Assembly: GCF_006345805.1 (NCBI RefSeq)
Contig: NC_042999.1
Coordinates: 137,392,001-137,456,000, forward strand
Source of the DNA: Octopus sinensis
Taxonomy: Eukaryota
Length of the DNA stretch: 64,000 nt
Direction: 5' to 3'
Under the pieces are notes generated by a model. It made no database searches. It worked only from the letters and a program-made list of their open reading frames with translations, and was not told the origin of the DNA. Of the stretch, positions 1 through 12,590 are shown piece by piece; position 1 is the first letter of the stretch; each line of letters begins with the position of its first letter. Both the position numbers and the translations under genes were made by a program.

Positions 1-269
1 TTTGCACAGAAAATCAAATGAGCAAAAAAAAAAATGAAATAAAAGTATACGTGATAAATAAATAATGAAGGATGATGATGCAGTCCTCCTGATAACCTCA
101 ATCTAAATCTGATCAAGGAATTCCACAGATTCAAGATCACCTTGAATACCTCGGGTAAGTGTACTTTCCAACTCATTCTCTGACCTATAGGTATCCTATT
201 TGCCTTCACGATTTTGCACCTTACACCCTCCTCACTTGAGGGCAGCCCTTCTGTAGCCCTTCTACTTAC

Positions 270-287
270 CTGCACCTTCATTTTCAT
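270..287 (-). CDS. candidate 18-nt microexon of an unidentified gene
   Basis: Minus strand reads ctttttcaagttttag|ATGAAAATGAAGGTGCAG|gtaagta: pyrimidine-rich acceptor, consensus donor, length divisible by 3, open in two frames (MKMKVQ or xENEGAx). Confidence 0.35.
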
Positions 288-809
288 CTAAAACTTGAAA
301 AAGTCAATGAGGGCTAAGCCAAAAACAAAAGTGTTTGTCTTGAATTTTTCAGCTCTATTTAATTCACAATCTCTTTCACCATAGCCACCAGATAGAAGAA
401 AACTACCCTCTCTGCCTGGTTAAAGGAAGACAGCTGGACAATCACCACAATGAACTTGGTCAATAGCTGTATCTGTCCCACACATGACCGCAGTTTATCA
501 ACGTTGACAAGTCAGCAACACTCAGACATTGAACATATTGAGGGAATTAATTGAACTGAACTCAGAATATAAAGTAACATAACTAACAATTACCAATACA
601 GTTTGTCTGTTGCTCTACTAATTCTGGTTATCCAGTTTCTAACATGGGTACCAGATTACAAATTTCAAGCAAGGGAAAAGTTGATTTGATTGCCCATCTC
701 CCTTCAGTATTTGATTAGTGTTCTAAAAGGATGAAAGGCAAAAATCAAATATAGAAAGATTTGAACTTAGAACATGAATTACCACAAGGTATTTTGTCCA
801 GTGATCTAC

Positions 810-812
810 TGT

Positions 813-847
<35 letters not shown>

Positions 848-1100
848 GGAGAGTGATGGCAGCAGTGAGGGCAGTAGTGGCAGTGCTGGCACCAGTGATG
901 ATAATTGTAACGGTGGTGGTGCTGATGAAGAAGGAGAAGGAGGAGAAACAGTGACCGTTGACCGTGAGACAGCAGCGGCAGCAGCAGTAGCAGCAGCAAT
1001 GGTAGCAGTGGTGATGGCAGTGGTGGCAGCAGCAGTTGTGATGATGATGGCAGCAGTGGTAGTGGTGGTGGTACTGTGGTGATAGCGCTGATAATGAAGG
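810..1100. repeat. mixed trinucleotide low-complexity tract (GAT/GCA/GTG)
   Basis: (gat)n at 812-847 followed by gca/gtg/gtg-rich runs; explains the poly-H/T/I ORFs at 745-1221. Confidence 0.9.
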
Positions 1101-1681
1101 GAATGACGATTTCTAGGCTGGGTACAAAACAATTAATTACAACAACAAACTGCACCGCCTTCACCACCACTACCACCACTTCCACAAAGCTAAAATTCAC
1201 TACAGTATATATTATATACAATGTATATTATTAGTACTTATTACTTCACTGAGACCAGAAGAGTGAAAGGCCAAGTCACCTCATATTTGAATGAGAAAAG
1301 AAGTAGAGATGGACAAGAAAAAGAAACAGAAGCACTGAGATAGATACGGAAAAGGCCAGACACAGACAGGCAGGCAGATATGTAGGTGTGTAAGCAAGTA
1401 AGTAAATAGATAGATAGAAGAATATCAAAATGTTACATGTCTAAATGGCAATATACTATGTTTATCAGTACAACAATTTGCGAAATAAAAAGAATAGTTC
1501 AAAAGTGTAGTCATAACTTATTGTGTGTGCGTGTGTGCGCGCGTGCGTGCGTGCGTGCGTGCGTGTGCGCGTGTGTGCGTGTGTGCGTGCGTAAGTTGAA
1601 ATTTGCACTATGTACAGTGAAATCTGGAATGATTATTTACATTTTTATTCTTAACACATCTAGAAAGGTTCAGCTGCAAAA

Positions 1682-1962
1682 TATGCTGGTCACTATAATA
1701 TACTTCTAAAGAGAATATCTTTTTCCTTTTTATAACAACAGCATGTTCAACAAACTCAGCTCATTGACACATGGCATTCTTGGATGCCAGTGTTTCAACA
1801 TATTGTGTCTCATCAGTTCCAGTTACTTCTGACTGACAAGACACAATATGTTGAAACACTGGTGTCTCAGAATGGTGTGTCCCAATACGCTGAGTGTGTT
1901 GAATATACTGTTGTCATAAAAGGAGAAGTTGTTCTAGAAAGTATGCAGTAGTGACCAACATA
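1682..1962. mobile_element. TA-flanked palindromic MITE-like element (about 280 bp)
   Basis: Ends tatgctggtcacta / tagtgaccaacata are reverse complements; the arms pair along their length with a 24-bp perfect core (1787-1810 vs 1839-1862). Confidence 0.7.
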
Positions 1963-3060
1963 CAGGAGTTGGACAAAATAATGGAAGCACCTTAAAATTT
2001 CAAACAAATTTATTTTAATATGGGGCAGAATACAGCTTGAATTCTATGAGGTATGGACTTGTACAAAGTTTGAATTGTTTCCAAAGGAATTTTTGTCCAT
2101 TCTTCAGCTAAAACAGTCTCTAGTTCTTGTAGTGATGATGGTGGAGGATATCGACTGCTTACTTGTTTTTCTAAAATGCACCATAAATGTTCAATAATAT
2201 TGAGATCTGGGGACTGTGGTGGCCAGACAAGATGTTCAACTTCACTAGAATGTCCTCGTGCCATTCAGTAAGAACTTTAGCTGTGTGAATTGGTGCATTA
2301 TCATCCTGAAAGATTGTGTTTCCCTCTGGAAACAGTTCCGCAACCATAGTATGAATTTGATCAGATAAAATGCTTAGTTTTGACTATTAATTCTGTCATG
2401 AAAGGAAACCATTGGGCCAGTGGATTTCCAATATATAGCCCCCAGATCATCACAGATCCTCTGCTGTGTTTAACAGTTGGAAGAAGGTAGTCTGGGTCAA
2501 ATGCTTCTTTTGACTGTCTCCACACATATACTCAGTCAGTGGTCGGAAATAAAGTAAAGGATGACTCATCCAAGAAAATAACATTCTTCTACTGCTCTAG
2601 GGACCAATTCTGTAGGTTTTTACCCCACTCTAAATGCTTTACAACGTTTGTTTTTGAAAGTAGTGGTTTTCTGATTGCAGTCCTCCCATGAAATCTGGCT
2701 CTGTGCAGCTCCCGGTGAACAGTTTTTGTGGAGACTGGGTTCTCATGGTGGTCATTAAGCTCTGCAGTAATTTTGAGAGCAGTACTTTTGTGTAAGAGTC
2801 CGATGGTCCCTATCTGAAAGTTTTGGTTTTCTTCCAGAGTTTTGTTTCGATGAAGAGGTTTTTTCTTCTTCCTCAAAGGCTGTCATTACTTTCGAAACAG
2901 TACTTCTTGATACACCAAACATTTCGGCTGTTATCACTACACTAGCGCCTGCCATATGAACACCAACAATTTCACTGCTTTGAAAGTCCAATAAATCTGT
3001 CATTTTAATGAATTTTAATTACCTTTTTTCTGATGATATCTGAAAAGAAACGGCAATTTC
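1963..3060 (-). mobile_element. decayed Tc1/mariner transposon, DD36E spacing
   Basis: HTH (DLLDFQSSEIVG...GVSRSTVSKV), FLDESS, FQDDNAPIHTA and WPPQSPDLNIIEHLW spread over three frames; TA then CAGGAGTTGGACAAAATAATGG TIR-like end at 1961-1985. Confidence 0.92.
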
Positions 3061-3229
3061 AGCAAAACATATTAAGCAAGACTAAGAATAAATCAAAAAA
3101 CATAAAAATAAACAAGCTTCTGACACTTTTATAGATATTTCAAAATTATGATGCTGTGATGCTGTATTTTGTACCTGAATCTACATAGATATGTTAAAAA
3201 TAAATATGCAAATAATCATTTATTGCATA

Positions 3230-3261
3230 CATGTATATACATACATACATATATACATACA

Positions 3262-3297
<36 letters not shown>

Positions 3298-3431
3298 TGT
3301 ATGTATGTATGTATGTATGTATGTATGTGTATGTATGTGTGAATGTATGTATGTATGTATGTATGTACGTACATACGTATGTATATATGCATGTATGTAT
3401 GTATGTATGTATGTATGCATATGTGTGTGTG

Positions 3432-3487
<56 letters not shown>

Positions 3488-3490
3488 TGT
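3230..3490. repeat. (TATG)n/(TA)n microsatellite
   Basis: Direct inspection. Confidence 0.95.
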
Positions 3491-4299
3491 ATATATACAC
3501 AGTAGCCACAGGCATCATTGTATGGTTTAAGAAGTCTGCTTTCTCAATCACATAGCTTCAGTTTCAATCCAACTGCTTGTTGCTTTGGGCAGGTATCTTC
3601 TACTATAGCCTCAGGCCTTCTGAGTGGATTTGGTAGATGCAAACTTTAAGAAGCCTGTCATATATTAGCGTACATCTGCATGTGTGTGTGTGTATGTGCA
3701 TGTGCATATGTTTGCCTCCTCGTCTTCACATTGCATGATAGTTATAAATATGTGTCATTGTTATACAAGCAGCGTCCTTCAATTCCAATCTTTGATGAAA
3801 ACATGTCCACCCATGGGGAAATATTAGCTTACATGGAAACAAGGTGGGAGGTAACAGGAAGGACATCCAGACATTGAAAATTTGCCTCAACGATTTCCAT
3901 CTGACCCATGCAAGCATGGAAAAATGGATGTAAAAACAATGATGATGATTATAACCATGATGGGACAAGATTTTTATTGTGTTTGCTCATATATTATGTA
4001 TTTCTTTGCTTGACTTCATATGGTAATTGTTCTTTAGCCCAGATCAGCCCTGAATGAACAAATCTGTGATCAAAAACATTCTAGACATGACCTTCCTGAC
4101 CTATTTTCAGACATTGCATATCTAAGACTATCATATTCAATGTATTGCTTTCTTATCAAGATAACTGGGTTTAATTCGGGCGAAATTTGGCTGCTATTTC
4201 TAATTGGTTATATAACTACAAATGAGCTTTTTAGGTGGCTCAATTAATGTAGCAGAGATTTCGGGTATTACTCCTATAAAATAAAATTAAAATTTGATT

Positions 4300-5754
4300 G
4301 TTTAACTTGAATGTAATTGTCAGTGCATGTAAGACCAAGTACACTTTTGTTCACAATGTCAATTCAAATCCACCCTTGAATTGGCAAGGGTCACAATAGG
4401 GAACATGAGGAAATAAGAGTGTCAGTGATCAAGGAAAACTACATATTGATAGCTTGCCCCATATTCATGCTCTTTGCCATTAAAATATGTTCTGACTTCA
4501 AACTAGATTTAATCCAGTTAGTGACCATCAAAAGCAGGCCACAGCCATTCAGGATGTCAGCTAAGCTGTGGAGCCAGCAGAACCTTAACAACAAATATTA
4601 TTGCAAGTATAAGTATGGAGATCTATCATTCCCATTGGACTATGGTATTACATTGTTTCACCAGAAATCACATGAAACAACACCAGTTAATATCCCAGTT
4701 AAAGATAAATCACAATGGTTAACTCACATTTCAAGAGCATGCTACAATACATGAACAGGAAATAAAAACAAAATACTTGAGATATGGATGCAAATAAAAC
4801 TTCTAAAAATTGATGCAGACACACTGAATTAACTCTGAAGATGTAACCTACTACAAAATCATCATACTAATTATCTCAGGCATAATGATATAGCCAAAAT
4901 AATGGGGTTTCAGATTTTGGCACAAGGACAGAAAGTGTTTGTCAATCACTTCACTGCTTTTCTCCCCAATGCTCAACTGATACCTATTTTATCAACCCTG
5001 AAAGGATGAAAGACAAAATCAGCAAAATTTGAACTTAGAATGCCAGCAGAAATGCTACTAAGCATTTTGTCCAACATACTAAAAATACTGCCAGCTTGCC
5101 ATCTTCGTGGCCAAAATAATATACAATGCAATCTATAAAAAGAAATTACTGTGAGGTAGTGAATACACTCACCCGTAATTCTGGTGGAATATTCCTATTT
5201 TTAGGCAGAGAGCAACTTCACCTACTAACTCATAGAGATCATTTATTTCAGTAGAATGTGTTTCATAAAACGTGATGAAAGATTCTTTGATTTTTTTTCT
5301 TCAGTGACAACTTGCTCAACCCTGCTAACATCTGACATTTCATCAATGTTAATAGAATATCCTGAACATTTTTTCACATCATTTACTATGCTGCCTGGAA
5401 CAACCCCAACTATGACATCTAGAATTTTATTTTGCACACCAGGTGAGGTCTATATTATGCATCTATCTAACTATACAGTTTTTTTCTTTGTCAAAAAATA
5501 TCTCTGAACTGAAGATATAAAACTTCTTCAAGGGTTACTGTGTTTAATAACAGAAAATTTACTAGCTCTTTGCATGACCTTATTGAAATATGTTTTGCCA
5601 GAAAGTGAACAACAGAGTTTTGATAATTTTCAACCATTCTTAGTTCTTCTCTAGTTACTATTTGTGTACGATATTTAGTTGACCTAATGCTGACATTTTG
5701 TGCTGTGCATTTGTTCAATAATCTATCCACTGCGTCATAACCTGCTGTGGACAA
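4300..5754 (-). mobile_element. decayed hAT (ZMYM1-like) transposase remnant
   Basis: QNKILDVIVGVVPGSIVNDVKKCSGYSINIDEMSDVSRVEQV matches the hAT catalytic-Asp region (SI.ADE..DVS..EQ); the upstream piece VENYQNSVVHFLAKHISIR fits the same family. Interrupted by a SINE at about 4900-5110; the downstream boundary is approximate. Confidence 0.75.
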
Positions 5755-7189
5755 ATACTTTTTATATGCTTTGTGAGTGACTTAATCTTATTCTAGATTA
5801 ACTTTATCATTTTAAAAGCAGAAGTATTACTCTGCATGAACACTTTACATAGCTAACATGAAACTTGAGACTTGTGAATATCATAGATAAGCCAAAGATA
5901 AGGCTTAAATCCTTTGCTCTTGAAATCTCTCAGACTAGAATCCTTGCCAAAATTCTTTAGTTTATACTGCATCAAACTTGTTTGCTTTGGTGCAGTTTCA
6001 GCGTTGTTGTTCTGCAGGGGCAGCAGAACTAGTGGATACTCATCTCATCTTAACCCACTTATTCCTGGGAGGGTCATGGTGGTAGACTCCTCAGTTATAC
6101 TTTCCATCATGTTCTGTCAGAAACATTTGTCTCCAGTTGATCCACCTCGACCCCCAAGTAAGACCAACAAGCTCATGGGTGTTATCCAACCATCTTGCTC
6201 ATGACCTATTCCTGGGTTTCTTGTTGATTGGTTTTGTTCATAAAACCTGTCCAGTGAGTCTTTCTTAAGACATGCTTATCACATGTCCATAGTATCGGTT
6301 CCGTGAATTCACAATTCAGAGAAGTAGCAGCTCTACCTGGAGTGTCTCCCTGATATCTGAGCTATGCACTCTATTGAGTAACATTACTCGGATAATTCTT
6401 CAGAGGAGCCCCATCTTTTATATTCACAATCATATTCTTTTGATCCTTACCCAAGATTCATGACCATAGGTAAGGGTAGGCATGAACACTGAATTGAAGA
6501 TAGTGAGATTGGCTTTTACACCTAGCTCCCTTTTTCTGATAATCAAATATTGAAGCTGGTGCATTACTGCCCCAGCTCCTACACTTGAAATATCATCATT
6601 TTTGGAGGAGCCAGGCTCTGTAGAGATTCCAAGATTTTTGTAATATCATTAACATAACTACCAACAAAGTTGTTCTTGGTAATATATTAGATAGTTTTTA
6701 GTTGCACAATTCTTTAAGATAGAGGAAGTATGTGTGCCTGAAAGATGTGAGGTGAAAACTGACTTGAATTATACCTGTTAATAGACATATAATCAACTTT
6801 AAATATGAGAGCTGTAATCCAGTTTTTATAGTTACACCAATACCAAAATGGGCTCCAGTGAACTGTTGTTTTTAACCTGTTTGATTACTTAATTTAGAAC
6901 ATCTGTTTGAGCATTCTAGAAAATCTATTTCCATTGTTTCTCAGTGTTTATTGTTTTTTTCACATCTGCCACAGACAAAGTCTACTTTCTCTGATAATCC
7001 TCCAATGATTCAACAGCATCTCTTGTGTGTCTGTTGCTTGCATTGGATACCCCAATTGGAATTACTACCTACAACCTTTCTACATATGAAACAGGGCTAT
7101 TTTTCTGAAGAGAAAAGCATATTATGTTTTCCTGTTTAATAGGACTTAAGTCTTTTTTAAGTTAACTTTAGAGCTGTTTGATTTCGAAG

Positions 7190-7722
7190 ACTGAGACCTC
7201 TGGAGGTATGCTGTGATTGAGAAGACCTGGCAAATAAAGTGAGTCCACAGCTGTAACCTACATCAGTGTCGCATAACCAGCCCATTCAAAAGTACCTGGG
7301 ATCGTAGGACGACATACCATGCTTGAGGAGACCTATTGAGTCAAGTACATCAACATCAGCAATATCAAAATCAAATCAAATAGAAATTGTAGTCGTGAGC
7401 CCCATGCTGGTAGCACGTAAAAAACACCATCCGAACATGGCCAATGCCAGTGCCGCATTGACTGGCTTCCATGCCGGTGGCATGTAAAAAGCACCATCTG
7501 ATCATTGTCGATGCCAGCTTTTCTGGCCCCTGTGCCGGTAGGATGTAAAAAGCACCCACTACACTCTTAGAGTGGTTGGCATTAAGAAGGGCATCCAGCT
7601 GTAGTAACACTGCCTGATCAGATTGGGGCCTGGTGCAGCCTCCTGGCTTCCCAGACCCCAGTGGAACCGTCCAACCCATGCCAGCATGGAAAACGGACGT
7701 TAAAAGATGATGATGATGATGA
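7190..7722 (+). mobile_element. RTE LINE 3' end / RTE-tailed SINE with (GAT)n tail
   Basis: Similar to the 3' UTR of the RTE at 25711-26340; ends ccaacccatgccagcatggaaaacggacgttaaaagatgatgatg. Confidence 0.8.
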
Positions 7723-7799
7723 TAAAGAGAGAGAGAGAGCGGAGAGAGATATATGGAGTGGGTGATGAAAATTTACTGGTTTTAGGGGTATCATGAAAG

Positions 7800-7972
7800 G
7801 CCTGGTTGGAGGTCCAGACTTCTGAGTTATTTTACAGGGCTTAGAAAAAGTGAAGGACTGTTGCAATAAGTTTGTGAATCTGAGAGGGAAATATGTTGAA
7901 TAAAATCATAATTAACTGATCCTCCTGCATTTTCTTTTAACCAATGCCAGGAACTTTTCAGCATTCCTTCAT
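7800..7972 (+). mobile_element. mariner 3' end fragment
   Basis: Encodes a mariner-like C-terminus (...NKFVNLRGKYVE*) followed by a TIR-like ccaggaacttttcagcattccttcata. Confidence 0.5.
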
Positions 7973-8169
7973 ATACATACATACATACATACATACATAC
8001 ATACATACATACACACATGCACACACACATACATACATACATACATACATACATACATACATACATACATACATACATACATACATACATACATACATGC
8101 ATGCATACATACATACATGCATACATACGTACATACATACATATACACACACATGCACACACACACACA

Positions 8170-8201
<32 letters not shown>

Positions 8202-8285
8202 CATACATACATACATACATACATACATACATACATACATACATTTATACATAGACCTATATAAATGTGTGTGTGTGTGTGTGTC
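7973..8285. repeat. (TACA)n microsatellite
   Basis: Direct inspection. Confidence 0.95.
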
Positions 8286-8689
8286 TATGCTACATGAATA
8301 CATTATTTACTAAAAGATAAAATGTTGAATGACAAAGTTTTAACTATCACCTCTAGAACAGAAAATCTTTGTTAATATTACAGACAAATATATAAACAAA
8401 CCAATATAAGAATGAATTGATATGAAGAAAGTCTGTGAATGAATTAAGTGGTTATTTGTAAAAAAAATTTGAATCCTAGGCTGAAAAGTTTCTTGTGTCA
8501 CTTTGTGGTTAAGAAGAACACTTCACAGCTTCATTGTTTCAGGTTCAATCCAACTGAATGGTACCTTTGGTATGTGTCTTCTATCATAACTTTGTGTGAG
8601 TGACCAATTCCTTGTGAATCGAAATGTATAAAAGATATATTATTTGATATTAGAGATGCAGTGATTTCAAAGGAAGGTTAACAGAGGAA

Positions 8690-9660
8690 GTAGACTTTGT
8701 ACATGGCAGGTGCACAGGAGCAATAAACACTAAGGACACACTGGAAACAGACTTTGTCAGATGCTCAAGAGGATTCTTACAAATTATAAATAGTTTTATT
8801 GCCTAGGTAACCTAATTAGCAGTGGTAACAAAAGGTCTAAAAATTAGTGTGAAAGGAAGACTGTGTGATGCTTGTGTACAAATAACAGTGTTACTTTGTA
8901 GTGAAACTTGGGTCCTGAGTGCAGAGGACGTGCAAAGACTTGAAAGAAATGAAGCAAGCATGGGTTTTCTGCCATTAGAGGTGGCAAGAACTCATGCCAT
9001 ATTATTCCTTTCAGCTTTTCTAATTGTTAGGGTCCTCTGTAATACAACGTGATAGATGATATTACAAAAGTAGTGCATGAATAAATTAATGTGAAGAAAG
9101 TCTGTGAATGAATTAAGCGGTTTCTGTTTCTGCATCTGAAGTCACTAGTCACTAATCTATGATGTGTAGTACATTCTTTGTCAGGAAAAGTGATTGCCCC
9201 TTGACTGACTAGGTGTGAATGAATGACTTGTGAAGACTGTACAAACTATGTACAAAGATGCAGTAAGTAAAGTGAGAGTCAAAATGATATCAGTGAAGAA
9301 TTTAGCATGAAGGTTGGAATCCATCAAGGTTAAGTCCTCAGTTCCCTTCTATTCATTATAGACCTTCATTCAATCACAGAGAATTTAAGACTGACTGTCC
9401 ATGAAAACTCCTACATACCGATATTTCAGTTCTCATAGCTGAATATATAGGGGAATTAAAGAGGAAATTCCAGGCATGGAAATTTAACCTACAATCAAGA
9501 GGCCACAAGGTGAACTTAGCAAAGGCTAAGGTTTTAGCTAGTAAGAAAGAAGACAGGGTCTTGGAATCTTCATGGAAATGACTTTACTCAATATGCAAGA
9601 AAGAGTAGGTACAAAGTCCATACACTATGCCCAGAGTGAGCCACACAAGAGGTGTAGTGG
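8690..9660 (+). mobile_element. decayed RTE LINE fragments
   Basis: VTKGLKISVKGRLCDACVQITVLLCSETW is an RTE C-terminal motif; RT-like pieces at 9230-9560. Confidence 0.7.
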
Positions 9661-11089
9661 AATCACAAATAGACTAACAGTGACTGTAAGTTTCATATGA
9701 CTAAGAGCTTGGGAACGGGGCGGGGTGCATCCACTAAAATTTTGTTTGGGTGCAAAATTCAATATTGCACCCTGCCCCCTAGTTATGTTCCCCAGGCTTA
9801 GAAAAAAAAAAAGAATTATGAAAAGAACCCCCACCCCATCAAAATCCCTAGAAAGATATATCGCTGAACTAAAGCATCCTCAATATTAAAAAAATTATAT
9901 ATATGTATGTATGTATGTAAATATATATATATACATATATGTGAGTGTGTGTGTGCATGTGTATATATATATCAATAATATAACAACTATAAAACAACAA
10001 ACCACCACCGCCACTCCTCAATACTAGCACAAAGGATGAAATTAATAAACTCCACAAACAAGAGTCCTTCACTGTGTAGCTATCCCCTTCTTCATTTCCT
10101 CAAAATATCACAAGTGACCCATCATCATCATTGTCATTATACTCTACTGCTATTACCCTTACCATAACTAAACAATAGCAACAACAACAAGATCAGTATT
10201 GGCAGTCACTCTTCAATACCAGAACAATTGATGACCTATCAAACAACACAGTCTCTGGCTGTTCTCTAGTTAGGCCACTCAAATTCTTTTCAGAATAACA
10301 CAAGAGATACATCACCATTGCCATCTTATCCTACTGTTACTACCATTACTACTACTACTACTCCAATTAGTGAAGAACCATGCCTTTCTCTCTCTCCCCC
10401 TCCCCACTATCCACTTCAATGACAACTCCATGAAAAATCTGCTAACTGCAAATAAAGTAAAATTATGAACACTCAAACCCCAAAATATGGTGCTATTCTC
10501 AACACAAGAGACTATGCATACACAGTGGTTGTAGCTTCACCCATTTACCTAGGAAAAGATACCCAATTCATACAAGCAATACCAGCCAACACCAAACCAC
10601 ATATCTTACAACAACATCACCACCGCTACTGAAAGCTAAATCACACTTGATAACTTCTACACATGTAACCTAAAATCCTAAAATCTGTTGTTAATCCCAA
10701 CACAAAATATTATGTCTGATATGCGACTGTCCCTTCACAGAACTTCCAGGGACTCGATCCACTTGTAAAAACATGACACCAACCAGCACTAAATCTACAG
10801 TAGAAACATCCCTTACAGTGGCAATGTTGGTCCAGACTTTCATCGAAACCCAGAAGTCACCCACATATATACTATAAAATCAACAGTCACAAACCATATA
10901 ATTATAACCATTTTCAAAAGTGCAACCATACCAACTCCAGACAACAACCCCTCCCAAAACAAGAAAATTCCATTTTAGCCATGATGAATCTGACAAAAGA
11001 AATAAAAACGATGTCTAGCTCTCACACAGCACCAACCACTGCTATTATTCCAGTGCAGAACCACACCATTGCTGTCATTAACCCACAAA

Positions 11090-12525
11090 CTCAACTTTAT
11101 AATAATGCCAAATGTACATGATCTTCACATATCAAACAAAAGTATCATGTCTCAGAGACCTTGCTCAATGAGAGAGACATACATCGAGAAAAGACAATAT
11201 GTGTAACACCATGTGAAACACACTTGACCACAGACCACATATTAGATGCAGAAGTACAGGTTATGTACTACTCAGAACTGACCACAGAATATGGAAACAA
11301 GGAGAAATAGTGATCTTCATCCAAGAAGACCTAGCAACAAATGTCCTCCTCTCCCATTCCAATACAGTGTGTGATATACTAATAATGCATGTGATTGACC
11401 TCAATTTCATCATAGGCATTATCTGCTGTCTTTCTGATGCAGCTAACCATGGAGATCACTTTAAAGATGCTTTGTCACTCATAAGCCAAACCTCAAATGA
11501 GGCCAACCCACTGGTCGATGTACTTTTAGCAGGGGATTTTAATTTCCTAGTCTCAGCTTGCCTGAAATTATATAACTGAACAAGAGATATGAATGCTCTT
11601 TTCGATACAACTAAAAGACTTCCTCATGCAACAAATTATTACCCGTTCAACTAGAGGGAATAACATACCCAACCTAGTCCTTACCATCAATACAGACTTC
11701 ACTCACAATGTTCAGGTCATTCCCACAGCTATTTCTGACCACAACATTATTCAATTATCTGTATATGGTTCAAAGAGGGCAACATGCACAAATAACATCA
11801 AACATGACTCAATCCTCATGAACTTGAATTTCAAGAAAGCCAAGTGGAATGAAATCAAAACTGAAATCCTTGAAATAAATTGGCATCAGCACATTGGCAA
11901 TCTCAATGTTAATCAGGGAATGAAGTTTCTGTACGAAGAGTTAATCAGGATCTGTTGAAAGCATGCCCCATATAAACTCGCCTATTCCTGCATACACTTG
12001 ATTCCATGAGATAGACTGACAGTAATGTGTAACAGAACCAAACCAACATAACAACTAAAAAACCAAACTCTCTCAACAGATGAGATTGAGAAAAGAAAAA
12101 AGAGCATTGAACTTCACCTAAAATTATCTCATGGAAAAGAAACTTCACTAAGTGGACAAGGAGCAGCATAAAAGATAAAATCTATTTCTGAGTTCTATTT
12201 CTCCTTTGCTAAACAAATATCAGCTACGCATAACCAGATTGGTTATCTAATGAATCAAAATGGATCATATTACTCTTTTACCCTTTTACTTCTTTCAGTC
12301 ATGTGACTGCGGCCATGCTGGAGCACCGCCTTTAGTCGAGCAAATTGACCCCAGGACTTATTCTTTGTAAGCCTAGTACTTATTCTATCAGTCGCTTTTG
12401 CTGAACCGCTAAGTTACGGGGACGGCATCAGTAAACACTGCAGCATTGGTTGTCAAGCGATATTGGGGGGGACAAACACAGTCATACAAACATATACACA
12501 CACATACATACATACATACATACAC

Positions 12526-12590
<65 letters not shown>

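Noticed and set aside
745-1221. ORFs with poly-His/Thr/Ile tracts
   Set aside because: Trinucleotide low-complexity DNA; no splice or domain support.
3140-3185. Right TIR of the DD36E Tc1 element
   Set aside because: Only a weak partial match (tattttgt) to the left TIR; the boundary cannot be supported.
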